A stretch of DNA of 64,000 nt from a virus, in IMG/VR virus record IMGVR_UViG_3300043449_001497, positions 1-64,000 of that record; one strand, 5' to 3'. Both the position numbers and the translations under genes were made by a program. Shown here piece after piece: positions 19,486 through 29,042 of the stretch (positions within the stretch are counted from its first letter, which is position 1; every line of letters begins with the position of its first letter). The notes beneath the pieces are model-generated. The model was not told where the DNA came from and searched no databases. It saw only the letters and a program-made list of their open reading frames with translations.

Positions 19486-21399
19486 ATGTGGGACCAGCCA
19501 CACTACCGCTACCTCATCGACCCCTCGCTCGCTCAGCACGCCATCGCCGTGGAGATGCACATCCCCGGCACGCTCGCCTGGGCCGTGCAGGGACGCCGCA
19601 AGTTCCGCCTGACGAAGAACCAGTGGCCCGAGCGCGGTGAGCCCAACGTCATTGAGATCTACGCTCCCGCGCACGCTGCGTTCGTGGTCGAGCACTTCTT
19701 CTCCGGATGGGGCGTCCCGTTCAGCGTCGAGCCTGTGAACGGCGCAGACCTCATCGAGCCGTGGCCCTCGACCCAGGAAGGGCTGGACCACCTCGAACGC
19801 AGCGGCGGCTCCCTGCTGGCCAGCGCCGTGAAGCGCGGCGAGTTGAAGCCCCACGTCGCCGACATGGCCACGCCCTACCAGAAGCGCAGTGCTGCGTGGG
19901 CGCGCAACCGCCCGTGGACGATGAACATCTGGCCGTGCGGCAGCGGGAAGACCGTCGGTGCCCTCATTGATGCGTTGACACGTCAAGGCACGGTGCTCGT
20001 CATCTGCCCCGCCAAGGCGCGGCACGTCTGGTGGACGCAGGTCCAGCAGTACACGAACATCCTACCCTGGCGCCTCACGCCCGTGTCCGAGCGCCGGAAG
20101 GGTGAGATGACCTGGCACCAGTACGTCGAGTACTGCGAGACCAACAACCAGCGCCGCTTCATCGTCGTGGGCGCGGAGAGCCTGAACGACCACCTCGAGT
20201 TCGTGGCGGGCTTGAACCCAGAGGTCCTCATCCTCGACGAGCTCCACATCCACGGGCAGTCCAAGCGTTGGAAGGCAGTGCAGGAGAAGGACGGCTCCGT
20301 GGGCTTCCAGCGCCGCCAGACGGCCTCTGGAGACAAGGACGCATGGGCGGTGGCCATCATGGACCTGAGCCGTCTGCCGAGCCTGTCGCTGCGTGTGGGG
20401 CTCACGGCGACGCCCCTGGACGACGGTCGTCCTCGTCGCCTCTGGGCGCAGCTGGACCTGCTCACTCCAGGCGGCTTCGCCCACAGCTACCGTCGCTTCG
20501 CAGAGCGGTACTGTGACGCCCAGGCCAACCCGTACGGCGGCCTCGACGACAAGGGCAGCAGCAACATCGACGAGCTTCGGATGCGGTGCGCCTACTTCAC
20601 GCACGAGGTGCCCTACAGTGAGAGCCACTCGAGCCTGCCTCCGACACGGGTTCAGGTCGTCTACCTACCCGTCGATGCCCAGGACAAGGCCGAGCGCTAC
20701 GATGACGCACAAACTTTCGATCAAGCCATCAAACAGCTTGCACGCCAAGCTCGAGGTGAGTATGAGGATGTGCCCGCGCGGGAACGTCTCATCGAGGCGC
20801 GTCTCGCGGAGGCTTGCAGTCGAAAGCGTGGCTACGTCGTTACGGAGGCTCTTGAAGGGCTGAAGGGGGGCGGCAAGGTCATCGTGTTCACTGCTCGCCG
20901 ACGGGAAGCTGAGCGCTGGGGTGAGGCTATCCGCAAGGCGGTCTCGACTGGTGACGAGGCGAAGGACGCGACGATCTGGGTTGGGCACGGCGGCGTAAGC
21001 GAGACCGAGCGCAACGACATGATCGACGGGTTCCGAAACAGTCCTGGCCCGTGCTGCCTGATCGGCACGGGCCAGGCGTTCGGGATCGCGGTGGACGGCA
21101 TGCAAACTGCCGACCTCGCCATCTTCGCCATGCTTCCCTGGAAGCCGGGCGACTTCCTTCAGTGGCGTGGTCGGTTCGACCGTCATGGCGGACGGGCCAC
21201 GCTGCTGAAGGTTGTCGTCGCCTCCGCGACCTACGATGAACGGGTCGTCGAGATCCTGACCGACAAGTTCGGACCCATCGAGCAGTTCCTCGCGGCAGAC
21301 GAGCTGACTGGCATGGGCGAGAAGCTGCTCGGCATGGAAGACCGTGGCGCTATCGTTGACGACGTGGTATCGAAGCTCGTCATCCTGGACGACGAATGA
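19486..21399 (+). CDS. SNF2-like superfamily 2 helicase
   Basis: CGSGKT, LILDELH, LTATP and QWRGRFDRHG motifs. Confidence 0.9.
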   Translation: MWDQPHYRYLIDPSLAQHAIAVEMHIPGTLAWAVQGRRKFRLTKNQWPERGEPNVIEIYAPAHAAFVVEHFFSGWGVPFSVEPVNGADLIEPWPSTQEGLDHLERSGGSLLASAVKRGELKPHVADMATPYQKRSAAWARNRPWTMNIWPCGSGKTVGALIDALTRQGTVLVICPAKARHVWWTQVQQYTNILPWRLTPVSERRKGEMTWHQYVEYCETNNQRRFIVVGAESLNDHLEFVAGLNPEVLILDELHIHGQSKRWKAVQEKDGSVGFQRRQTASGDKDAWAVAIMDLSRLPSLSLRVGLTATPLDDGRPRRLWAQLDLLTPGGFAHSYRRFAERYCDAQANPYGGLDDKGSSNIDELRMRCAYFTHEVPYSESHSSLPPTRVQVVYLPVDAQDKAERYDDAQTFDQAIKQLARQARGEYEDVPARERLIEARLAEACSRKRGYVVTEALEGLKGGGKVIVFTARRREAERWGEAIRKAVSTGDEAKDATIWVGHGGVSETERNDMIDGFRNSPGPCCLIGTGQAFGIAVDGMQTADLAIFAMLPWKPGDFLQWRGRFDRHGGRATLLKVVVASATYDERVVEILTDKFGPIEQFLAADELTGMGEKLLGMEDRGAIVDDVVSKLVILDDE

Positions 21400-22382
21400 A
21401 CAAGATCCTGATCGATGCAGGCAAGAGCTCTCGAGGCTGGAGCCGCATCGGCAACTACTTCCACTGCCCGCAGCTCTTCGCCTACCTCTGCCGCACCGAG
21501 CAGATGGCGGACGAGAGCGGGTACTTCCCCAACCTCGGACCGTCCATCGAGGCGCTCGCCAAGGGCAGCATCGGTCACACGATGCAGGCCCACCTCCACG
21601 CCATCTGGGGCGCAGCTCAGCCCCAGGGCGTCGTCGCTGACGAGACGCTCTACACCGACCCGTCGGTGTTCATGGACCCGGAAGACGCGGCGGATGCCTG
21701 GTGCGCCAAGTACGGCAGCGAGCATCTGCTCGACCAGATGAAGACGGTCTTCCGCGCCTACCGGGCGAGGTTCCCGGAGTCGCCTGGGGATGTCATCGCC
21801 GTCGAGGCTCCGGTCACCGCGGTGCTCGGGAACCTGAACGGGAACTGGGGTCTGTGGGTTGCCGAAGAGAGGGGCGGCGAGTGGCGCAGTCTCGATGGGA
21901 CCAGCATCGAAGTGACGCCCTTGAACATGCCCGACCACAAAGAGCACGGACGTCCGATCACGCTCACTCGCCGCATCGACCTGGTAACCCGCGATCAGTC
22001 AGGCCGCTACTACATCTGGGACCACAAGCACCAGGCGAATGTGAACGCCAAACACAGCGCCACTGCGTACGCCATCGACGGTGGCTTCGCGGCGTTCCGC
22101 ATCATGGGCAAGCAGCTCTACGGCGACGCCTTCGGCGGGGTGACCATCAACCTCATCTCGAGCACCGAGCCGGGGAAGGTGGCGCGCGCCCAGGTCCCGG
22201 CGACCCCTCATCGGGATGCCCAGTTCGCCCAGCAACTCTGGCAGGCCGAGCATGCCATCGCTCAGCTCGACATGACCACCGACCCGTGGGAATGGCCGAA
22301 GGCTCAGAACGAGCTCTCGTGTTACGGGCGGTACGGTCCCTGCGCCGGGATCAACTTGTGCTCCCTCGGCCGCGCAGGCTGA
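21396..22382 (+). CDS. PD-(D/E)XK exonuclease, Cas4/AddB-like with Fe-S cysteines
   Basis: N-terminal CP, RIDLV...WDHK, three C-terminal cysteines. Confidence 0.8.
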   Translation: MNKILIDAGKSSRGWSRIGNYFHCPQLFAYLCRTEQMADESGYFPNLGPSIEALAKGSIGHTMQAHLHAIWGAAQPQGVVADETLYTDPSVFMDPEDAADAWCAKYGSEHLLDQMKTVFRAYRARFPESPGDVIAVEAPVTAVLGNLNGNWGLWVAEERGGEWRSLDGTSIEVTPLNMPDHKEHGRPITLTRRIDLVTRDQSGRYYIWDHKHQANVNAKHSATAYAIDGGFAAFRIMGKQLYGDAFGGVTINLISSTEPGKVARAQVPATPHRDAQFAQQLWQAEHAIAQLDMTTDPWEWPKAQNELSCYGRYGPCAGINLCSLGRAG

Positions 22383-22449
22383 GCGGGGGTGCGTTTCGTC
22401 GTCTTCGGCCCTACGACGAGATGGTTTCACATGGGCCACCAGGACCAGC

Positions 22450-23439
22450 ATGACCACAGAGAACCCGACCGTCATGGTCGCCGTGTACGGCAAGCCGAAG
22501 AAGAAGAAGACCAGCGACGTGCTGGCCGCCTTCCCGACGGCCCTGTGCATCGGCGTCCCCAGCGCCATCACGCTCGTTGCCCAGAACGAGCTGGGCTTCA
22601 CCCCTGCCATCTACCCGACGCCGCCCCAGACGCTCCCTGAGCTCGTCGGGCTGCTCGAGTACCTGGGCCAGTCCGGCATGGCCGCGCAGTACGGCGCGGT
22701 CTTCATCGACGACGCCAGCCACATCTGCGACCGCAGCATCACGATGTGGCACGACGAGGCGCCCGTCGGCAAGAGCGGGAAGAAGGACAAGTTCTACGCC
22801 TACCAGCAGCTGAACAAGTACCTGCTCGCGCTCTCGGGCATGGCCCGCCACATGGGCATCCACCTCATCTTCACCTTCCACGAGCGCGCTCCCGGCACCG
22901 ACCAGGACGGGTTCTTCCAGCCGGGCGGTCCGTCGCTCGGCTCGAGGAAGCAGACCGAGTCCTTCCCCTCCTGGTGCGACATCAACGTCCGCGCCATGAT
23001 CGACTCGAGCTACCCCGACCCGTGGTTCCCCGGCGTCTACTTCTGCGACCCCACGTCGCCGGAGTGGGTCACGGGTGACCGCACGGGCGTGTGCTGGACG
23101 AAGACCCCCGGCAACCTGCGCGAGATCCTCCGTGCCTCCGCCGGGGGCTACAAGCTCGCGCGCGTCGCGGGGCTCGAGTGGCAGGACGACATCGCGGACG
23201 AGCTGGCGAAGATGATCGTGGAGACCGGGGACATCAACGGCTCCATCAAAAATCTTTCCCAGTCAAATCCGCGGTTTACGGACGGGACGGAACAAATCCA
23301 TCTCCGTTGGGCTTGCCAGGATGGTATTGCCCGCGCTACCTTCATGAAGCGCAAGGCGAGGAACCTCTTCGACCTCGCGCCCAAGGAAGAGCCCAAGAAG
23401 GGTGGCGGCGTTCCGCTTCCTCCCCCTCCCACGGCCTGA
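22450..23439 (+). CDS. AAA_24/Sak4-like ATPase (recombination)
   Basis: VYGKPKKKKTS deviant P-loop, VFIDD, IFTFHE; lies between the nuclease and the SSB candidate. Confidence 0.7.
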   Translation: MTTENPTVMVAVYGKPKKKKTSDVLAAFPTALCIGVPSAITLVAQNELGFTPAIYPTPPQTLPELVGLLEYLGQSGMAAQYGAVFIDDASHICDRSITMWHDEAPVGKSGKKDKFYAYQQLNKYLLALSGMARHMGIHLIFTFHERAPGTDQDGFFQPGGPSLGSRKQTESFPSWCDINVRAMIDSSYPDPWFPGVYFCDPTSPEWVTGDRTGVCWTKTPGNLREILRASAGGYKLARVAGLEWQDDIADELAKMIVETGDINGSIKNLSQSNPRFTDGTEQIHLRWACQDGIARATFMKRKARNLFDLAPKEEPKKGGGVPLPPPPTA

Positions 23440-23491
23440 CCCTGGTCTCTCAGGACCGACCACCCACCAACAGCAGTAGAGGTACATCAGC

Positions 23492-24115
23492 ATGTCTTTC
23501 TCCATCAACGGCGCTTCCTTCAAGGGCATCGGCACTCTCGGCGCGGGTCAGCCTGACGCTGGCTACTACGAGGTCGAGGGCCTCCAGGTCGAGTACAAGC
23601 AGGGCGACAAGGCCGACGCTCGCCGCCTGCACGTTCAGTTCGCGAACGGGTTCAAGATGTTCACGTTCATCCACCTCCCGGTCGAGGGCCTCCCCGAGAA
23701 GTCCTTCAAGGGTCGTCTCGCCGCGCTCAAGACCATCCTCGTGAGCTTCGGCTTCAGCGACGAGCAGATCGAGACGGGCGACATCAGCGACGCCTGGTTC
23801 GTCACGGGCAGCAACGGCGGTCGCAAGGCGTACGTCGAGTTCGTCCCCGGCCAGCAGGGCGTGCAGGGCAGCTACGCCGAGATCACCAAGTTCATGGACA
23901 AGGCGGGCTTCGAGAAGGCCGTGGCGTCCGGCGTGAAGCCCGCGGCTCGCCAGAACAACGGTGGCGGCGTTCCCAAGACGGGCGCTCCGGTTGTCCCCGG
24001 CGCGGTCCCCGCGGCTCCGTCCTCGACGGTCGGCGGTGTGGTTGGCACTGTGGCTCCGGCCCCGGCTGGCGGTCTCCGTCTCCCGCCCCCGCCCGCTGTC
24101 GGCGTCGCTCGCTGA
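23492..24115 (+). CDS. Putative single-stranded DNA-binding protein
   Basis: Follows the Sak4-like gene; 'PDAGYYEV' start, beta-rich core, flexible tail. Confidence 0.55.
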   Translation: MSFSINGASFKGIGTLGAGQPDAGYYEVEGLQVEYKQGDKADARRLHVQFANGFKMFTFIHLPVEGLPEKSFKGRLAALKTILVSFGFSDEQIETGDISDAWFVTGSNGGRKAYVEFVPGQQGVQGSYAEITKFMDKAGFEKAVASGVKPAARQNNGGGVPKTGAPVVPGAVPAAPSSTVGGVVGTVAPAPAGGLRLPPPPAVGVAR

Positions 24116-24130
24116 TCTAGCGTAGCGGTC

Positions 24131-24170
24131 GGGCACCCGTCCTGGTTCACGCCGGGGCGGGTGCCTTTCT
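24131..24170 (+). terminator. Intrinsic terminator
   Basis: GGCACCCG...CGGGTGCC hairpin followed by TTTCT. Confidence 0.75.
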
Positions 24171-24210
24171 GCGTTGAATGTGATATCGTCGGAGCGTCAC
24201 GAGGCTCACG

Positions 24211-24645
24211 ATGAACCCTCAACTCTCTGCCATGCTCCACCTCTGGGCGAAGCTCCGCATGGCACATCACCTGTACTGGACGCTGCACTGGCAGGCCAAG
24301 GGTCCGTCGTTCCAGGGCGACCACACGTTGTTCGGCGACCTGTACGAGGCCCGCATCCACGAGATTGACGGCCTGGCTGAGCTCATCGCGGGCCACTTCG
24401 GCTCGGCGCAGCTCGACCCGGTTCGCGCCTGGGCGATGGCCCAGGAGTGCATCACGTCTGCGGTCTCGGCTCCGACCCCGGTGGCCATTGCGGAAATGGT
24501 CCTCGAGGCGGTCGAGGAGGCGAACGAGGCGTGCATGGAGGGCAAGTTCCCCGCAGGCACGACCAACTTCATCTCTGACGTGGGGACGCACCACCTCAAG
24601 GACCTGTACAAGCTCCAGCAGCGCTTCGGCGCTCTTTCCAAGTAG
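24211..24645 (+). CDS. Dps/ferritin-like protein
   Basis: HW..KGPSF..DH.LF.DLYE...IDGLAE ferroxidase-type motif. Confidence 0.8.
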   Translation: MNPQLSAMLHLWAKLRMAHHLYWTLHWQAKGPSFQGDHTLFGDLYEARIHEIDGLAELIAGHFGSAQLDPVRAWAMAQECITSAVSAPTPVAIAEMVLEAVEEANEACMEGKFPAGTTNFISDVGTHHLKDLYKLQQRFGALSK

Positions 24646-24657
24646 GAGGAACGCCAC

Positions 24658-25299
24658 ATGGCCAGCTACGACGAGATGAAGGAAGCCGCCCGCCGCGAGG
24701 CGCTGGGCGAGCAGGCGAGCAAGTTCTACGAGATGGCCCGGCCCGCTCGTCTTCGCATGTCCGGCATGGACTCGGGCCCCGTCGAGACGCCCCCGTCGCG
24801 CGACCCGCTCGCGGGGCTGCCGACTGACCCGAGGTCCGCCGCCGAGCTCGACGCTCGGTACGCCCAGGTCGACCGTCACCTGGCTGCGGCGGAAGCTGCC
24901 CGTGCGCGTATCCCCGGTGGTGCGAAGCAGCACTACGGCATGAACAGCACCCCCGACTACGGCGACAAGTACGGCGTCGGCACCGCCAGTGCCTACACAC
25001 CGGGTGGGCTGACCAGCGACAGCCCGTACTCGCTTGATGACTCCTACAGTCAGCTGGAAGACCTGGAGCGGCGCGGTCTCATCTCGATCCAGCCCGGCAT
25101 GCGCTCCGAGATCTCTCGCGTCCGCGGACTCGCGAAGGGCGAGGTCAAGGCCCGGAACGAAGCCGCGCGTGAGGTCAGCGCCGCCCGCAAGGTGAGTCCG
25201 ATGCAAAGGTCTTATGGCCGAGACGGGCACTTTGATGAAGCGACGCTTCGTCGTCCGCCCGGCGTTGGTCCGTACTCCGAGCCGAAGAAGAAGAAGTAG
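24658..25299 (+). CDS. Hypothetical protein
   Basis: AGGAGG RBS, 213 aa. Confidence 0.65.
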   Translation: MASYDEMKEAARREALGEQASKFYEMARPARLRMSGMDSGPVETPPSRDPLAGLPTDPRSAAELDARYAQVDRHLAAAEAARARIPGGAKQHYGMNSTPDYGDKYGVGTASAYTPGGLTSDSPYSLDDSYSQLEDLERRGLISIQPGMRSEISRVRGLAKGEVKARNEAAREVSAARKVSPMQRSYGRDGHFDEATLRRPPGVGPYSEPKKKK

Positions 25300-25331
25300 C
25301 GTCTGTCGCGGTGGTATGATATGCCCCGTGC

Positions 25332-28166
25332 ATGACCTACGACCCTCGCAAGTGTGGCGCTCGCTGCGACGAGTGCCCCATCGGCCCGCACGGCAAGTTC
25401 CGTGACGGGCCGTGGATGCCTGTCCCGCCCGAGACGCACGACGGCGCGAAGATGCTGGCCGTGGCCGAGATCCCCCACATGGAGGATGCGAGCCACGGTC
25501 GTCCGATGTCGGGTCGTTCCGGCCAGGAGTGGAACAACGCGCTCATGGCGCTGGGCAAGAAGCGCACGGACATCGACCTGACGCACGTCGTCGCCTGCTC
25601 TGCCGGGACGCAGCAGAACGCCTGGGAGAAGCTGACCAAGTCCATCGACAAGGAGAACCGTCGAAGGATTGCTCTAGCGCAGCCCGTGATGCCCGATCCT
25701 ATCTCGTGCTGCCGTCCGAGGCTACTCAAGGAAGCAGATCGTTACGAGAACATCTTCGCTCTCGGACGGTCCGCGGCCAACGCCCTGACGGCGAAGACGC
25801 AGTCCATCTTCGCCCTGCGTGGCGGTCCGGTGTGGGTCGACGAGAACTACAACGCCCTGATGCAGACGCCCCTGGCGGGCGAGGAGCTGCCCCCTGGTGC
25901 GGTCCGCAAGGTGTTCCCCACCTTCCATCCGGGCTTCGTGCAGAAGAGCCCAGGCTGGCGCAGCTACTGGCACTCCGACATCTCGAAGGCGTTGCGCTGG
26001 TTCAACGGTGCCCTGCGCTGGACGGAGCCTGCCCGCACGTTCAACCCGACGCCGGATGAGCTCGAGGCGTTCCTCTCCCAGGCTGCTCCGTTCTACGCCT
26101 ACGACTTGGAGACGGACGGCATCATCGCCCTGACCTGCCAGGTGCGGTCCATCGCCATCGCCATCCCCGACCTCAACGAGAACGGTCGTGCGCTGCGTGA
26201 GGGACAGGTCGAGGCGAAGCGCTGCGAGGTCATGGGTCTGAACCTATTGAGCGGCGACGGTCATAGCAGGTTCTATAGCGCCGAGGACGAGGCTCGGATT
26301 CTCGAGGTTCTACGGACCTTCTTCCTCGACGAGTCTAAGACCAAGGTCGGTCATAACGCCGGGTACTATGACCGCCTTGTCGTTGAGCAGTGGCTCGGGG
26401 TCACACCGAAGCCGCTCATCGACACGCTCTTCGGTGCCCGGTTCCGCGCGCCGGACCTGCCCAAGGGGCTGAAGACGGTCGGCTCGGTCCTCACCGACGT
26501 GGACCGCTGGGAGACGACCGAGAAGGGCGAGAGCCTGGCGCACGGCAACGTCGATGACTGGGACCGCCTCGCGTACAACTGCACCGACTCGTCCGTGAAC
26601 GCGCGCATCGTCGTGCCGCTCATGGACTCGGCGGAGCAGGCGGGTGCGTTCCGCGACCTGCCCGAGGCGCTGCGTCCGAAGAGCTGGGCGAACCGTCGCT
26701 GGGACCTCCACGAGGTCGATCACGCCACGCAGGACATGTGCGTGAACATGCACAAGATGGGCGTCTACATCGACCAGGAAGCGCGCTGGAAGATGGAGAT
26801 CGACACCAAGGCCAGCGTGCTGAAGCGGGAGAAGAACCTCTCCGTGCTGGCCGCGGAGGTCGGCATCGCTCGTCTCGACCTCAAGTCGGCAGGCGCCAAC
26901 GACGAGAGCGATGAGACTGAGGGCATCAAGCCCGGCAGCGCCGACCAGATCCGAGACCTCTTCTACGAGAACTGGAAGCTGGGCATCCCGCCCAACATGG
27001 AGCCCCGTGACTTCTACACGATGTCGGGGATGCCCGGCACCGGGGACAAGGTTCTCCGCGGTCACCTCGCAGGCGGGCGTCTCACGGCCGAGCAGGCAGC
27101 GTTCATCAAGGAGCTGCGCCTGTATCGCCGGGAGAAGAACAAGATCCTGGGCACCGTGCTGCTGCCGTTGAACCTCACGGTGAACGACCCGAAGAAGGGC
27201 ATCGTCTGGGCGCCGGACGGGCGCGTGCGCTCGACCTGGAACGCTCACGTCACGGCTCCTGGGCGGCTCTCGAGCTCAGGCCCCAACCTCCAGAACATCG
27301 GCAGCCGCAAGGGACAGGGCAAGCTGAAGACCCTGTTTGCCGCGCAGCCCGGCAACCTGCTCGTCGGAGCGGACCTGGACCAGGCGCACCTCCGCATCAC
27401 GGCCTGCTACTGGCAGATCCCGCTGCTGCTCGAGTGCTTCAGCGAGGGCAAGGACCCGCACAACACGCTGGCCCTCCAGGTCTTCGGGGACAAGTTCCGG
27501 AACTCCGACGGCTGGGGACCGGACGGGTTCAGCCTCTACAAGAAGCCGCCGGGTGGAATGGCCAAGGCGATGCGTGACGTCATGAAGACGTTCCGCTACG
27601 CCTCCATCTACTGGGCCGACCCGATGACGGTCTGGCAGGTCCTCACCTCCACCGAGGCGGACAACGGCGAGATGCCCTACCTGCACATGACCTCGAAGGA
27701 GGTCCGTCACTTCCACGAGACGTGGCTGAAGACGGAGCCGGAGTGGATGACGGCATGGGAGACGATGCAGGCTCTCTTCCGCCACCAGGGGTACATGGAG
27801 GAGCCCGTGCTGGGCCGACGCTCCGGGAACCTGAGTGACGGGAAGAAGAACGAGGTCGTGAACTTCCCCATCCTCGCAGCCGAGACGAGCATCATGCGGA
27901 TCGCCGAGCAGGCGCTCATCGAGGCGTTCCCCTGGGACTTCGAGCGCAAGCACGGTCTCATCCACCAGTGCCACGACTCCATCGCCATCGAGTTCCCGGC
28001 ACCCCCAGGGCTCGAGAAGTGGGGGCCGAAGAAGGGCGAGCCGTTGCCCGCGGAGCTCGAGGCCATCCGCAAGCGGGTCGAGGAGCTCATGACCGTGCGC
28101 GTCCCTGGCTGGGAGGTCACGATGACGACCGAGGCATCCGTCGGAAGAAACCTCAAGGAAGCTTGA
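25332..28166 (+). CDS. Family A DNA polymerase with an N-terminal family-4 uracil-DNA glycosylase-like domain and a 3'-5' exonuclease domain
   Basis: CxxC...C...C and PTFHP (UDG4); YDLETD, GHN...D and YNCTD (Exo I-III); GRLSSSGPNLQN, motif A DLDQAHLR, motif B R...KTFRYASIY, motif C HDS. Confidence 0.92.
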   Translation: MTYDPRKCGARCDECPIGPHGKFRDGPWMPVPPETHDGAKMLAVAEIPHMEDASHGRPMSGRSGQEWNNALMALGKKRTDIDLTHVVACSAGTQQNAWEKLTKSIDKENRRRIALAQPVMPDPISCCRPRLLKEADRYENIFALGRSAANALTAKTQSIFALRGGPVWVDENYNALMQTPLAGEELPPGAVRKVFPTFHPGFVQKSPGWRSYWHSDISKALRWFNGALRWTEPARTFNPTPDELEAFLSQAAPFYAYDLETDGIIALTCQVRSIAIAIPDLNENGRALREGQVEAKRCEVMGLNLLSGDGHSRFYSAEDEARILEVLRTFFLDESKTKVGHNAGYYDRLVVEQWLGVTPKPLIDTLFGARFRAPDLPKGLKTVGSVLTDVDRWETTEKGESLAHGNVDDWDRLAYNCTDSSVNARIVVPLMDSAEQAGAFRDLPEALRPKSWANRRWDLHEVDHATQDMCVNMHKMGVYIDQEARWKMEIDTKASVLKREKNLSVLAAEVGIARLDLKSAGANDESDETEGIKPGSADQIRDLFYENWKLGIPPNMEPRDFYTMSGMPGTGDKVLRGHLAGGRLTAEQAAFIKELRLYRREKNKILGTVLLPLNLTVNDPKKGIVWAPDGRVRSTWNAHVTAPGRLSSSGPNLQNIGSRKGQGKLKTLFAAQPGNLLVGADLDQAHLRITACYWQIPLLLECFSEGKDPHNTLALQVFGDKFRNSDGWGPDGFSLYKKPPGGMAKAMRDVMKTFRYASIYWADPMTVWQVLTSTEADNGEMPYLHMTSKEVRHFHETWLKTEPEWMTAWETMQALFRHQGYMEEPVLGRRSGNLSDGKKNEVVNFPILAAETSIMRIAEQALIEAFPWDFERKHGLIHQCHDSIAIEFPAPPGLEKWGPKKGEPLPAELEAIRKRVEELMTVRVPGWEVTMTTEASVGRNLKEA

Positions 28167-28191
28167 CGTGGTGGTAAGGTAGTGGTATGGT
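28163..28191 (+). promoter_or_regulatory. sigma70-like promoter
   Basis: TTGACG-17-TATGGT with TG extension, upstream of the mini-gene array. Confidence 0.65.
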
Positions 28192-28214
28192 TCTCTCGAC
28201 CAAGGAGAGACCAC

Positions 28215-28295
28215 ATGACCGAGATGATCGACCTGACGATGTGGCTGCTGGACCGCTTCGCCGACCTGGCGCGGTGGGTCGGGAGGTGGCCGTGA
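28215..28295 (+). CDS. 26-aa peptide
   Basis: AAGGAG RBS; GTGA overlap with the next gene. Confidence 0.4.
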   Translation: MTEMIDLTMWLLDRFADLARWVGRWP

Positions 28296-28591
28296 GCACG
28301 AACCCAGACGCGGCGCAGGCGTACCTGAACATGCACCTCGCCTTGGCCATCGGGAAGGGCGTGCAACTCGACGCGACGCAGACCGCCGCCATCTTCGCGC
28401 TCATCACAGACCACCGCCACGAGATTGAGGAGCTTCGCGACCGTCTCCGCGACGCACAGAAGGAGCGCGCCGCCGTGGTGGCGTGGCTGCGCGAGCAAGC
28501 CGAGACAGGTGACCCGATGCGGGCCACGGGTCGTCGGCGCATGGCAGACCACATCGAGCGCGGCGAGCATCGCCGCGAGGAGGGGGCATGA
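28292..28591 (+). CDS. Array mini-gene 1 (ERAAVVAWLR...GEHRREE)
   Basis: GGAGG RBS; shared C-terminal motif. Confidence 0.7.
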   Translation: MSTNPDAAQAYLNMHLALAIGKGVQLDATQTAAIFALITDHRHEIEELRDRLRDAQKERAAVVAWLREQAETGDPMRATGRRRMADHIERGEHRREEGA

Positions 28592-28803
28592 AGGAAGTCG
28601 GAGACCGCCCGGAAGGCGTGCTGCGGACGGTACGCGATGTGTCGCGATGCATGACAAGCGTGTACCTGAACGACGAACTCATCGGCGTCGTTTCAGATCT
28701 TCAGTTGATGCTCATGCCGCGCGACGGCGTGTCTATCGACTGGAGCGCGTGGCGTGCTGCGAAACTGACTGATGGCGAGCACCGCCGCGAGGAGGAGAAG
28801 TGA
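28588..28803 (+). CDS. Array mini-gene 2
   Basis: Ends in GEHRREEEK. Confidence 0.65.
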   Translation: MKEVGDRPEGVLRTVRDVSRCMTSVYLNDELIGVVSDLQLMLMPRDGVSIDWSAWRAAKLTDGEHRREEEK

Positions 28804-29042
28804 GCCAGATTTCTGAAGATGCCGTCCGTCTCGCCCTCGCGACCGTAAGGGAGCAGTTGGCAGCAGAGGTCACCGAGGCCATCGAGAAGGCCGTCCGCGA
28901 GGAGCGCAAAGCGACGGTGGCGTACTTGAGTGAGTGCGCGCAGGGCGGCGACACGTTCGGGCCGCGCGGTAGCGGCGACCACTTGCGGCTGCTCGCGACC
29001 AACATTCAGCGCGGCCAGCACCGCCGCGAGGAGGAAGAATGA
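28800..29042 (+). CDS. Array mini-gene 3
   Basis: ERKATVAYL...GQHRREEE. Confidence 0.7.
   Translation: MSQISEDAVRLALATVREQLAAEVTEAIEKAVREERKATVAYLSECAQGGDTFGPRGSGDHLRLLATNIQRGQHRREEEE

Noticed and set aside
21396-22382. Cas4-like nuclease as evidence of a CRISPR-Cas system
   Set aside because: It sits in a standard phage helicase-nuclease-Sak4-SSB recombination module; no cas1/cas2 or array
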